A stretch of 64,000 bases of DNA from Octopus sinensis (taxonomy: Eukaryota). The translations under genes were made by a program, and so were the position numbers. Shown here in pieces: positions 28,300 through 39,130 of the stretch. Position 1 is the first letter of the stretch; every line of letters starts with the position of its first letter. Below the pieces are notes generated by a model that did no database searches, was not told the origin of the DNA, and saw only the letters and a program-made list of their open reading frames with translations. Where the stretch lies: positions 76,818,001-76,882,000 of the forward strand of contig NC_043000.1 of assembly GCF_006345805.1 (NCBI RefSeq). Reading direction: 5' to 3'.

Positions 28300-28770
28300 A
28301 TTTTTCTGTCATTTGTACTCTAAGTTGGACCTATTTATACATATAAATTCCTCATTCATCATCTGAAAGTTTTCACCTTTTCTTTTCTCTTGTTTTGCAT
28401 ATATACATATATATACATATTTTGTATTTGATGTACTTAATATATTTAATATACTTGATGTGCCTAATTTGCTTAACCCAATAACTGCTTGCACTCTCCT
28501 GTCTTTGAAAGAACTTTTTCTTCACCCAATCCTTTCCGGTCATTCAATATGGGACCGGGTGTGTATCGTTGGCGATTTTTTTTCCTCCATCTTCCCTTCC
28601 TTGGATCTCTCCTTTTCCTATGTTTCTGACGAAGAGCTCCACTCGAAACTTTAAATCCTTCTTTTCCTTTCCTTTCCTGAGTGTCCAATAACACTATACT
28701 TGTTCCATGTCCTCGCATTGTTGTGTTTCTCTTTGTGTTTTCATGTTTGGATTAACTATATATATATATA
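28300..28770 (+). mobile_element. Penelope-like terminal repeat with minimal hammerhead motif
   Basis: Contains TTT-CTGACGA-A-GAGC-TCC-ACTC-GAAAC-TTT-AAA and ends in (TA)n. Confidence 0.6.
28623..28655 (+). ncRNA. Minimal type I hammerhead ribozyme motif (slightly decayed)
   Basis: CUGACGA core, extra A, stem II GAG/CUC, GAAAC, short stem I UUU/AAA. The stem III G appears mutated. Confidence 0.6.
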
Positions 28771-29236
28771 TATATATACCCACACACTTTCTCTCTCCCC
28801 CACACATGCACACACACACACACACACACATCCGTATAGCTATGTTTATGCATATCTGCTTATATGTATATGATATATAGGTGCAGGTATAGATAAGCAG
28901 TTAAAAAGTTCATTTTGCATCTTTTAAGTCCCAAGTTTGATCCCACTGCACATCATCTTGAATAAGTTTCTTCTTCAATAGGTTTGGGTTGACCCAAATG
29001 CAGTCTAAGATGAGTTGTGTTAGAAAGAGCATCCAGTTGTCGAAACCATACCAAAACAGAACTATGAACAAGAAATGGTTTTTAGACCCATCTAGGAGGG
29101 TAGTAACTCAGAATAGAAGCTAACTTGCACTGTGGCAACAATGATGAGTGCAAGTGTACCAAAAGTGTTTGTATGTGTGTTTGTGTTGTTGTCTATTTGT
29201 GCTATTGTTTTTCATTCTGTTGCTCTTCTTCTTCAG

Positions 29237-29456
29237 ATGGCCTTGACGTGTTGGTTGTACTCACCATATCAAGTGGTGAGGAGAAGGCTAAGGGTAGCAG
29301 TGCCAGCTGAGGTGTCCCGGCACATATCCACCTGGAAGAAACGGATTGAGAAGCAGCAAGCCATAGAGGAGACTGTAGTGCAATACACAGCAGAGGATGT
29401 TAGTCACCTGAATGAAAGACTCTATGTGTGGGGCTTCTCTGCCACTGGTGCACTGG
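29237..29456 (+). CDS. RCC1L: RCC1-like mitochondrial protein (WBSCR16), coding exon 1
   Basis: ATG directly follows a polypyrimidine/AG acceptor (ttcttcttcag|ATG). Encodes MALTCWLYSPYQVVRRRLRV...VVQYTAEDVSHLNERLYVWGFSATGALG, similar to human RCC1L VVQY...RVFVWGFSFSGALG. Donor G|GTAAGT, phase 1. Arg-rich N-terminus resembles a mitochondrial presequence. Confidence 0.9.
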
Positions 29457-30632
29457 GTAAGTTAACTGTTTGTCTGTTGTGGTCTCATAAAGTTGGATAC
29501 TTAGTAGTGGAATGAATGTGTGCTTTTGTGTGTTTGCTGTTATTGATGCATTGGTATGTGTGTGTGTTAAAATATTGGGGTCATCCCATAAATAATGCAG
29601 TTTTTTTATACTTCTTTTATTTTTCAAAATTAAGATAAACATTTTCTACAATGCTCTTCCATCTATCTGGTCGACTTGCAAGGCCCCTCTTCCAAAATTC
29701 ACTTGTCCGTGATGAAAAATACTCCTCCGGTACCGTTCTGACCTTGTCTACAGAATTCATATTTTTCTTGTCCAAATGATCTTGAAGCCTGCAGAATAAT
29801 TGATAATCAGATGAGGCAGTGTCTAGCTAATATGGTGGGTGGGGGCATCATTTCCCATTCAGACTGCTCCAGCCTTTCGAATGTCATCCTTGCTGTATGT
29901 GGCTGAGCATTATCCTGATGGAAGAACACCTTTTGTCTTGAAACCAAAGATAGTCGCTTTTCTTCTAGTACTAACTTAAGAAGCCACTCAAGCTACTCGC
30001 AATAGATCTCCTTAGTTATCATCTGATTTGGGTTTAAAACTTCAAAGTGGACTAAACCTTTCATATCCCACCAAACAGATAACAACATCTTATATGAGTG
30101 AAGATCTTCTTTAGCCTGGGCTGCCAGTGTTTCTCTTTTTCCTACCCACTGTCTTTGGCACTTGACATTTTTATAGAGAACCATTTCTCATCACCAGCCA
30201 CTATTTGGTCCCAAAAACGGTTCATTTGTGAGACGTGACAGCCAAGAAGAGCACATGGTCCTTCTCTGTGTGTGATTAGACTTGGAAAGTTTGTGAGGAA
30301 CCTATTGACCCAATTTGCTGACTTTTCTGATGGCATGCAGGTCTCAATGAATAGTTGAACGACCAAATCCAAGCTTCTCTGTTATTTCCTCAACAGTTAT
30401 GATGGGATTTTGTTCAACCAGGATTTGCAGGACATCCTTGTTGAGCTCTACAAATCTTCCAGGACGAGGCTTGTCTTTTAGGCTGTAGTTTCTGGCTTGG
30501 AATTTCTTGAACCACCTTTGACACTGGCTTACGCTTATTGTCCAGTCCCCATATAGTGCATTAATATTCCTTGCACTTTCTGTTGCGTTTTACCTTTAGC
30601 GTACTCATAAAGCAAAATATGTTGAATATGCT

Positions 30633-33624
30633 TGTTGTGCGTAGTTGGGTTCTAATGGGATAGACAACCAATTGAAAACCATTGTTATGTTTACGTGTTT
30701 ATTATCTTTACATGTTACACGGACGACGACATTCAGCGTAGTAATACATTATATACTTTACACGCAGTTTTTACTGTTCACTAACAAATAGTGCCAAGAG
30801 TAGGGATGTGTTTGGCATACGCAAACACATACATATGAATGTGTAACGTCCCTTCTTCTTGAAAAAAAAATAAATGGGGTCTTTTGGCAGTGAAGACAAC
30901 TGTGAGTAGTCTCCCTTGCTCCTTTTCTTTTCTTTAACGGTATTGAACCGGTGGCAGAATGTTCTTTCTCCATCTGGTGGATCTTGTGCTTCGCACCGGT
31001 GTCTGAGGTGTGTTGTTGGGCTGCTGATATGTGGTTTGTGCCCGTTGGGGTGATGATTCTGTGGGTGTTGTCACCAATGCAGCAGGTGTTGTACACGTTG
31101 TCCTCAACAGCTCTGGTGTTGGTCGGATGTGGGCCGTTTCATCTCAGCTGCCTACCAGATTCAGTTTCTATAATATATGATCTTGGAGTTTCAGCTCCAC
31201 TGACAACCTTTGCTGGGATCCATGTTTTAGTTATGGGATCTTGAGTATGCACATGTTGTCCTCCAAGCATCTCAGGTAAATATTGTGCATGTTGTAATAC
31301 CTCTGTGATTGTTCTTGAGTGGCTGCTAGCTTTGCCCTTGTCTCTTCCTGGTCAATAGGAGGTTGGATCTTAGTTGGCAGGGTAGTTTTATACTTCCTGC
31401 CATTCAGCAATTCTGCTGGGGATTTCATATCAGCTCTCAGTGGTGTCGCTCGTAGGGACAGAAGTGCCAGGTGTGGGTCTTCCTTAGTCTCTCGGAATTT
31501 GACTAGTGTTCTCTTCACTGTCTGCACCTGTCTTTCTATAAACCCATGACCTTTGGGGTAGTATGGAGTTGAAGTTGTAATATTGAACCCATACTCATCG
31601 GCTAGCTTTTTGAATTCTTGTGATGTGAACTGGGTTCCATTGTCACATATGATCTGCTCTGGTATTCCTTGCTCTGCTAGGAGTCCTCGGGCCACTGTAG
31701 TGATTGTTTTGGCTGTCAGGTCTTTCACTTTTCTCACAAATGGAAATTTGGAGTAGTAGCAGGCCATTATTAAATACCATTCTTGGCCCTCTGTGAATAG
31801 ATCTACTCCAATACTTTGCCATGGCCTTCTTGGGATGTCACTAGATATCATTTCCTCCTTTTGTTGTGAGGTTTCCTCTTTGATTTCCACTAGCTTATCG
31901 GTTGTCACATTTACAATGTGGTGGACCTTTCTGCTTAGTCCTTCCATCTCCTGTTTGTTTGTGATTGGTGGTCGGTCTTTGATAGGCATATCACTGTCAA
32001 TCCTGCTTGGAGCTGCTTTCACTTCAGCATTGACCGACACAATATTTAACCTCCTGCAGGTATCAAGTCCAAGAATTGCTGGGCCTTCTGTTCTTGTGAC
32101 ATAAAATGTACACTCGATTGTTTTCCTTTTGTGTGTCCCCCTAATCGTTGTTTTCCCCAGTTGTGGAATCCTGGTACCTCCGTACACAGTGAGGACCACA
32201 TCACTTGGTGTGAGGATTCCTTTCCTGACCCTATCCTCTTCTGTCATATTTTCTGGGAACATCTTCTTGTATAAGCTGACAGGCAAGATATCACTCTGGG
32301 CCCCAGTGTCTATCTTCAGCCTTAAGTCAATGTTTGTTCTTTTCCTTCCGGCCTTCTTTTCAATTCTTATTGTCGTGTATGCCTCATCTTCTTTCTTCCG
32401 GTCGTCCTTTCCCATCTCATGCACATTTATTATGCCGATTGCCAAGAATTCCTCCTCTGAGGTGCTTTGTTCCTGTTGTTGTGCATGTATATCTCTTCTA
32501 GTTCTGCTCCTCTTTGAAAATTGGGGCTTGTATCTCTGGGATTTTGTTACCCTACACATTTTTTTCCAGTGGTTCAGTTTTCCACATCCTTTGCAGTGTG
32601 TACCGAATGCAGGACATTTTTTTCGGTTATTAAATTCATGCTCTGTACCACAGTACTGGCATGTTCTTTGCTTGTGGGTATGTGTCCTGTGCCTAGATAC
32701 AGTATCTATACTGCTACCTAGTGGGCTTGTTTGTAAGCTTAGTGAGGGCATCTGTTTGGTAGTGGCTTCGAATGCACTTGCAGTGTCTACTGCTTCTACC
32801 AACTGGAGAGCGTTCTTACCTATTAGCGATTTTTGTACTTCTTTGTGGGCACATCCCCATATTAATTGGTCTACAATTCTCTCCTCCCTGTCTTTGAATT
32901 TGCATTTCTCTGCAACATTTTTCAGTCTTGACAGGAAATTGTCAATTGTTTCTTGTGGGGCTTGTTTCAGGCCCTGGAATTCGTATCTGTGAATTCTATG
33001 GTTCGACCTGGGCTCTAGATGCCTTTCAAATTTCTCAAGAAGTGTGTATGGGTTATTGCAGTCCGATCCTGACATATCCCAGCTATTGTATAGGTCTATT
33101 CCTTTATTACCTGACCATAAAAGGATATAGCTTACCTTCTCATTGTCAGTTGTGCCTTTCAGGAAACTTTTGAAAGCTAGTTGAGCTTTTTGTTTGAATT
33201 TTTTAAATTCTTCTACGACATCACTAGAATCCCAGTTCATAATGGGATGTAGATTCATCTGTACGGCGACGGGGTTTGCCATCTTGGATCGTGTTGTGTT
33301 TATTGTCCTAAGATGAAGCGATGTTTTGTTTGTTAATTCCTCGTTTGTTGTGTTTCTGTTTCGTTGTAAAGGCACAGTTTCCGATTAATTATTTACCGCT
33401 GCCACCATGTTATGCATGTTTGGGGTTCTGATGGGATTGACAACCAATTGAAAACCATTGTTATGTTTACGTGTTTATTATCTTTACATGTTACACGGAC
33501 GACGACATTCAGCGTAGTAATACATTATATACTTTACACACAGTTTGTACTATTCACTAACAAATAGTGCCAAGAGTGGGGATGTGTTTGGCATATGCAA
33601 ACACATACATATGAATGTGTAACA
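30633..33624 (-). mobile_element. Ty3/gypsy (Mag-like) LTR retroelement, internally deleted, lacking RT/RNaseH
   Basis: LTRs at 30633-30848 and 33408-33624 (TG...CA on the right copy), about 12 substitutions plus 1 indel by manual count. 5-bp TSD ATGCT at 30628-30632 and 33625-33629. PBS TGGTGGCAGCGGT (33407-33395) complementary to a tRNA-Leu 3' end. PPT AAGAAGAAGGGA (30860-30849). Confidence 0.95.
31231..33282 (-). CDS. Gag-protease-integrase polyprotein of the LTR element
   Basis: First ATG at 33282 (MANPVAVQ). Two Cys/His knuckles (CQYCGTEH...C, CKGCGKLNHWKKMC), protease DTG (KIDTGAQ), integrase core VDLF...CDNG-35aa-E. No RT YxDD or RNaseH core. A frameshift near 31290 puts the true C-terminus (HAQYLP...SYIIETESG) in another frame. 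Confidence 0.9.
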   Translation of the reverse strand: MANPVAVQMNLHPIMNWDSSDVVEEFKKFKQKAQLAFKSFLKGTTDNEKVSYILLWSGNKGIDLYNSWDMSGSDCNNPYTLLEKFERHLEPRSNHRIHRYEFQGLKQAPQETIDNFLSRLKNVAEKCKFKDREERIVDQLIWGCAHKEVQKSLIGKNALQLVEAVDTASAFEATTKQMPSLSLQTSPLGSSIDTVSRHRTHTHKQRTCQYCGTEHEFNNRKKCPAFGTHCKGCGKLNHWKKMCRVTKSQRYKPQFSKRSRTRRDIHAQQQEQSTSEEEFLAIGIINVHEMGKDDRKKEDEAYTTIRIEKKAGRKRTNIDLRLKIDTGAQSDILPVSLYKKMFPENMTEEDRVRKGILTPSDVVLTVYGGTRIPQLGKTTIRGTHKRKTIECTFYVTRTEGPAILGLDTCRRLNIVSVNAEVKAAPSRIDSDMPIKDRPPITNKQEMEGLSRKVHHIVNVTTDKLVEIKEETSQQKEEMISSDIPRRPWQSIGVDLFTEGQEWYLIMACYYSKFPFVRKVKDLTAKTITTVARGLLAEQGIPEQIICDNGTQFTSQEFKKLADEYGFNITTSTPYYPKGHGFIERQVQTVKRTLVKFRETKEDPHLALLSLRATPLRADMKSPAELLNGRKYKTTLPTKIQPPIDQEETRAKLAATQEQSQRYYNMHNIYLRCLEDNMCILKIP

Positions 33625-33789
33625 ATGCTCCTTTGTCACTTCCTTTATATCTTTGAAAAATAACTGTTAAAATCGAACTGCACTCTTCAAAACTTGCACT
33701 AATTATAAGGACAAGGTAAAATTGCTACCTGCTTTTATAGCAAGTTGATGCTGGTAGTTTATCCTATCTCCCTCTGACTTTTCATATAT

Positions 33790-35039
33790 ATGTATATTTA
33801 TTACCTTTATATATTTGTTGTGCAAGATTTTTTTATGTGAAATCGTGTGTTGAAACAGATATTGTTGTATTTAGGAATGGTCATTTTGCCAGTTTAGCCA
33901 ATAAAAACACACGCACTATATATTTGGTGTTACTTTGCTTCAGTATTATTTATTTTTTACATTAATCTTAATCTTATTTCGGCCAGAGTTCTTTTGTCAC
34001 ACTCCTGTGACCGCATCAGTGGTCCTTTGCTTTCTTCTTTCTTATTTGTGTGTCTCTCCTTACTAACCGTCAGCCATTTTGTATTTCTATTGTATGCGTC
34101 TTCATTTGCGCATGCGTATATCTCTATGTGCGTCTATGTTTAGTTAGTGTGTGGGGTGGTGGGGAATGCCTGTAATATTTGTATCTTCTGTTTATATACG
34201 TTCGTGTAATTTGTTTTTGTTTATTCTTATATTGTTCATGTGTTTACAGCCACTTATTATTATTATTATTATTATTATTATCATCATTATTATTATTATT
34301 ATTACTATTATGTATAACAACAATAATAGTAATAATAATAAAAATAAAATAAAAAATGAAAAAAAGAATGTATATAGTTATTTACTTCCATTTGTTTATT
34401 TACCTGTGTATTTTATTTTATTATGTTTTCAGTTTTGTTTATATTGTAACCAGTTTATGGGGATCCTCTTCTGTCATATGTTGTGGTGTGTGCTAGTGTT
34501 CCATTCCAGTTTCCTATTCAGGCTAGGTTTATCTTCTATTATGTGTGTAGCTTCCATAATTTGTCTGATTGTTGCGTCTGTTCTATGTGTAGACAAGATT
34601 TTAACTTCTATGTTGTTGATTGAGCCCCCGTGTTCCTGCTCGGCATGTTGGTACAGAATCGATGAGCTTTTATCTTCCTTAAGTTCTCTCCAATGTTCAT
34701 TTACCCGTTCTCCTATGCTTCTTGCCATTTCCCCTAAATATGTCGTCTTGTTACTGCATTGTCCCTCTATACATCTTATACTATAGACTACATTTCTGGC
34801 TTTACAGTTTGTTTGTGGGCTAAATCTACACACAGTAAAGTACCTATCCGTACAGGGAGTTCTACTAAAAGGGTAGTTTCTACTGATTATGATGTGGTCA
34901 CAGGAGTGTGATGAAAGAACTCTGGCCGAAATAAGATTAAGATTAATGTAAAAAATAAATAACGCTGAAACAAAGTAACACCAAATATATAGTACATGTG
35001 TTTTTATTGGCTAAACTGGCAAAATGACCATTCCTAAAT

Positions 35040-35050
<11 letters not shown>
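33790..35050 (-). mobile_element. Penelope-like element fragment: GIY-YIG endonuclease between inverted pLTR-like repeats
   Basis: ORF 34833-34474 CKARNVVYSIRC...YLGEMARSIGERVNEH...RQIMEATHI...SLNRKLEW. ~160-bp inverted repeats at 33860-34020 and 34882-35050, flanked by (TA)n. Confidence 0.88.
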
Positions 35051-35080
<30 letters not shown>

Positions 35081-35952
35081 CATGGTCTGATCAATAAGTA
35101 TCCGGACTGTTGCCATAGTTACGAAGTTAAAGCACACAGATTGACCTTGAATTCTGCTGTGCATGTGCACTAAATTTTATTGCTCTAGCTCACTTCCACT
35201 GTTTACAGCAGTGCTTGGAAGGAATGTGTGTAGTGTGTGATCATTACATTGACCATTACAGAGAAAGTTGAACAGAGAATCTGCATCAAATTTTACCAAA
35301 AGCTTGGTGATACCTGCTCAGAGGCCTATGCAAAGTTTTCAAAAAGTTTTCATCATTCTCTACACAATCAAGGAGATCTTGTGTAACTGAAATCTGAGTG
35401 GCTTTTTGGTCAGCTGAAAGCAGTTTTGGCACAAACTTGGCAGACACGCATCTCATACCCAAATCTTCAGCGATAATGGACTGAACTGAAGCATAACTAA
35501 TCTGCGCATCCTCTGATAACTCACGGATGGTGATTCGATGATTTCCCCTCACAGCTGCATGCACAACTATGATGTTTTTCTCAGTTCTACTGGTTGCAGG
35601 ACTCGCAGAACGTTCATCAGTATCAACATTTTTTTGGTCATCTTGGAAACGTCTGAACCTCTCAAACACTTGTGTGCAGCTCATACACTCCTCCATACAT
35701 TTTCTGCAACTTTGCATAGGTCTCTGAGTAGGTGTCACCATGACAACTTTCTCTGTCATGGTCAATGCAAGGATCACATGCTAGACACCTTCCCTCCAAG
35801 CACTGTTGTAAACAGCAGAAGTGAGCTAGAACATTAAAATTTAGAGCACATGCACAGCAGAATTCAAAGTCAATCTATGCCAAGCAGCTTCACTCTGTGT
35901 GCTTCAGCTTCGTTACTATGGCAACAATCCGGATACTTATTGATCTGACATC
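35081..35952 (-). mobile_element. Internally deleted mariner
   Basis: TIRs CATGGTCTGATCAATAAGTATCCGGA and its reverse complement, flanked by TA. ORF with QVFERFRRF...ITIRELSE...CVSAKFVPKLLS. Confidence 0.9.
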
Positions 35953-37648
35953 ATACACACACAAACACATGCAGAAAGAGAGAGAGATTAAAAGTTGATA
36001 TGGGTAGGCAGCATCATATTTAAAAGGGATTAATGCATGTTTAATTAACACTAGCCGCTTATCTAATTATGGCAGACAGATTATCAAAGTGGCTAATTGT
36101 ATAAAGACATGCTGATTTAGAAAAGTTACATAATTAGACTCTACCTGTTCTGAAGTTGTGTGTGTGTGTGCGCACGCGCACATGCATGTTGGGGAAGGGA
36201 ATGTACTGTGACCTTGAACCAAAAAAAAAAAGAAATTTTATCTAAAGTGCAGAGCTGTCTGTCTGTTTTAAGCACAAGGCTCTCTCTGTTTCTGTAGTAT
36301 AGGATTCTACCTATTTGAAGTATATGTTTCTCTGTCTCTCTGAGGTACAGGCCTGTGTTCTTGCCTCAGGCCTTGTTATTGCATGTTTCCGATCAGTCTT
36401 ATTTTATTACTCACATGTAAAAGGAATAACATTTAAATGCCTCTTCAGTTCTGAAAGGATTTTCAAGGGACCAAATGTTAGTTCTCTTTACTAGGAGGAA
36501 CCTTTTGAATAGGATGTCAGCTGATCTGATACTTATTCCCAACAGCTAGGTAAACTGAGCCAGTTGTTATTCATTTTACATCTACTTTCCTTGCTGACAT
36601 AAACTGAAATGGTCGTCATAGTCCAAATTGGTTCTTATTCATAGTTATTGATCTTCTAAAGGAGTTGAGGGCTACTACTCATTGTATGTTCTATTTTTTG
36701 GTATGGCTTCTTTAGTTGGATGTTCTTCCTATTGTCAACCATCTTATAGTGAGTACTGGTTGTATTTTATGGTATTAGCACTCAAGAGGTTAGTTTCTCA
36801 GTGGTAAGTCTAAAAACTCTTCCTTCTTCTCTATGCTATCTCCATAAATGTGTTCCTTTTTCTCTCACTACTTACAGGAAGAGGGCCAGACTGAAAGATA
36901 ATGAGAGAGAGAGAGATGGATAAAAATAAAGAATGGTGGTGTTAAGGGTGGATTGAATACAGAGAAATCCAATGCAATGCCATGTCTCATTACACTGGTG
37001 TTGTAATTGGAGAGAGATATTGTTAGAGAGAAACAATTAGGAGAGAAAGTGGAAGATGAAAGAATAATGATGGGAGGAGAGTAGTAGATGGAGACTTAGT
37101 ATGAACATAAGGGTTGAGAGAACCAATATGTAGATATACATCCCAAACTCCACCACCACCACCACTGCGGCGGCGGCACCGACGACGACGATTGTGTTTC
37201 ATGGTAGATCCACAGCATTTTCCCACAACTTACAGTGTTGTTGTCATCTCATTAATGATGTTCAGCTTTTTTGAAGTCAGTTTTCACCACTTCATTCCAT
37301 GTTTGGTGGTATCCCTCTTCTACAAATTTTATCCACTTTGGTCTCTTGGCATTTCTTTATACAACTGACATCCTCCATATCCATCCCTCTCTTTATTATA
37401 AAAGTAATTTTAATTAACTGGAAACTATCTTAATCTTTAAGACTCCACCTTTATATTCTTGCTCTTATAAAACAGTACAATGTAGCTCAAGAGAGTTTAA
37501 TTTAATTCTAGCAAGCCAAGTAACCCAAAAGAGAGGCCTTTTCGTTGTTTCATTGTTAAGATGTCCTGTTTGATATTATGATGATATGATAATTTTAAAT
37601 TTTTATGCTCTAAAAGGATCAGTTATCTCTTTTGTTTCTGTATTAAAG

Positions 37649-37746
37649 GGATCAAGTCCTATTTAAGACCTGGGGTGAAGCAGACACACCTATCCTTCAT
37701 GCATCGTCCTGCTAGATTAAAATTCTTTGATGAGCAACATTTAAAG
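37649..37746 (+). CDS. RCC1L: RCC1L coding exon 2
   Basis: Acceptor tttgtttctgtattaaag, donor AAG|GTAAAA. 98 nt, phase 1 to 0, open: (G)IKSYLRPGVKQTHLSFMHRPARLKFFDEQHLK. Bridges the phases of exons 1 and 3; sequence similarity to human is weaker here. Confidence 0.75.
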
Positions 37747-38235
37747 GTAAAACAATACATTGCTGCTGTTTTTTTAATTTTTTTTTGTTGTTACCTTTTA
37801 TTTATATATTTTTGATGTGTTAAAATGTATATTGTGGAGTATATAAGGAGATATGTGGTATATTCTGTAGATGTAGGTAGGTGTAGGGTATATTATGGTT
37901 ATGTAGATAGGTAGATATGGGGTATATTAAAGATATGAATATGTGAAGGGTATGAGTAACTGTAGGTGAGTATGGGTTTTGGGGATTAAAGCTAGTTCAG
38001 CAAAATCTTGTGTTTGTATGTTCAGTAGATCAATGATTGAAGGCAATCTGACCATGACTACTCCATCTTTTTGGTAATTTAAAAATACATATGTGCTCTC
38101 TTTCTTAAGATATCACTTGAAGGATATTTGGCTAGTTTTGAGCATGTCAGCCAATTGCATAGTGACTCCTTCATTGACTTGAGAAACTATTGTTTTGAAT
38201 TTAACTCTACACAATGCTCAGTTTATATATATACA

Positions 38236-39130
38236 CAAAGTGGTATCAAAAAGTTTCCAGACTAGTTCTGTAATGTGCTAACAGATGGGAGCGCATGATT
38301 GTGTACACAGTGAGAGCTAGTAGTGACCTTCATGAGGCAGTGTGCCAAGTGACATCGCTGTGTTTACTTCACAAGTTGTGGAATTTGTGTTTTTATGATC
38401 ACGTGCATGCTGTAGTCTGAGATTTTTGTCATGGACTGGAAGTTGGAACAAAGATCCAACATAAAATTTTGTGTTAAACTTAGGAAGTTTGCTACAGAGA
38501 TATTGAGCATACTTTGGCAAGCTTACAGCGATAAGACAATGGGTCGCATGCAATGTTTCGAGTGGCATGTGCACTCCAAAATTGAAAGAACATCCTTGGA
38601 GTATGATGAGAGATCTGGAAGACTTGCCATGAGTATGACCCCTGGAAATGTGGAGAAAATTCATCAGCTTCTGCATGAGGATTGTCAGAGGACAATTGAT
38701 GACATTACTGATTTTGTTTGTCACATGGGTCCATGTGGGCAATCCTAATGTCTAGATTCTTCATGATGACAATGCACCCTGACACTGAGCTCTCCTCACT
38801 CATGATTTTCTCACCAAAAACAATATGGTATCACTTCCACACCCATCCTGTTTGCCAGATTTATCACCTGCAGACTTCCATCTCTTCCCCAAGATGAAAA
38901 GGCAGCTCAACGGTCACCGTTTTAATACTATTGTTGAGATCCAGAGTGAATCACAGAAGTCCTTGACTTGCTTATGAAAAACGACTCCCAGGCTGGATTC
39001 CAAAAGTGGTAGGAATGCTGGGACCAGTGTATTGCTGCACAAGATGACTATTTTGAAAAATATGATGTTAAAACTTAGGTAAATTTTTTATTAAACATGA
39101 CTAGTCCAGGAACTTTTTGATACCACCTTG
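38236..39130 (+). mobile_element. Internally deleted mariner
   Basis: TIRs GTGGTATCAAAAAGTT / AACTTTTTGATACCAC. MDWKLEQRSNIKFCVKL N-terminus, then HDDNAP and PDLSPADF remnants. Confidence 0.9.

Larger units (their letters stand above)
29575..33780 (-). mobile_element. Degenerate mariner (DD34D) transposon split by the LTR element
   Basis: TA plus TIR TTGGGGTCATCCCATAAATAATGC at 29575. Transposase remnants (LLSVWWDMKGLVHFEVL). Removing the LTR element and one TSD rejoins the N-terminus (EVTKEHIQHILLYEYAKGK). Second TIR not found. Confidence 0.85.

Noticed and set aside
31231-33375. Domesticated (host-co-opted) Gag gene
   Set aside because: It retains LTRs, PBS, PPT and TSD, and its integrase C-terminus has a frameshift and a downstream in-frame stop. 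There is no evidence of host selection from sequence alone.
30633-33624. A/G-rich differences between LTRs as an ADAR editing footprint
   Set aside because: The changes go in both directions and several are at CpG sites, so deamination and ordinary transitions suffice.
34151-34786. 211-aa hydrophobic ORF and similar long ORFs (55053-55685, 41732-42026, 44752-45043)
   Set aside because: These are antisense or low-complexity artefacts of microsatellites and the GIY-YIG reverse strand.
37611-37656. Duplicated acceptor motif (TAAAAGGATCAG vs TAAAGGGATCAAG) upstream of exon 2
   Set aside because: Only about 12 nt of similarity in AT-rich DNA, and using it would shift the frame by 32 nt.
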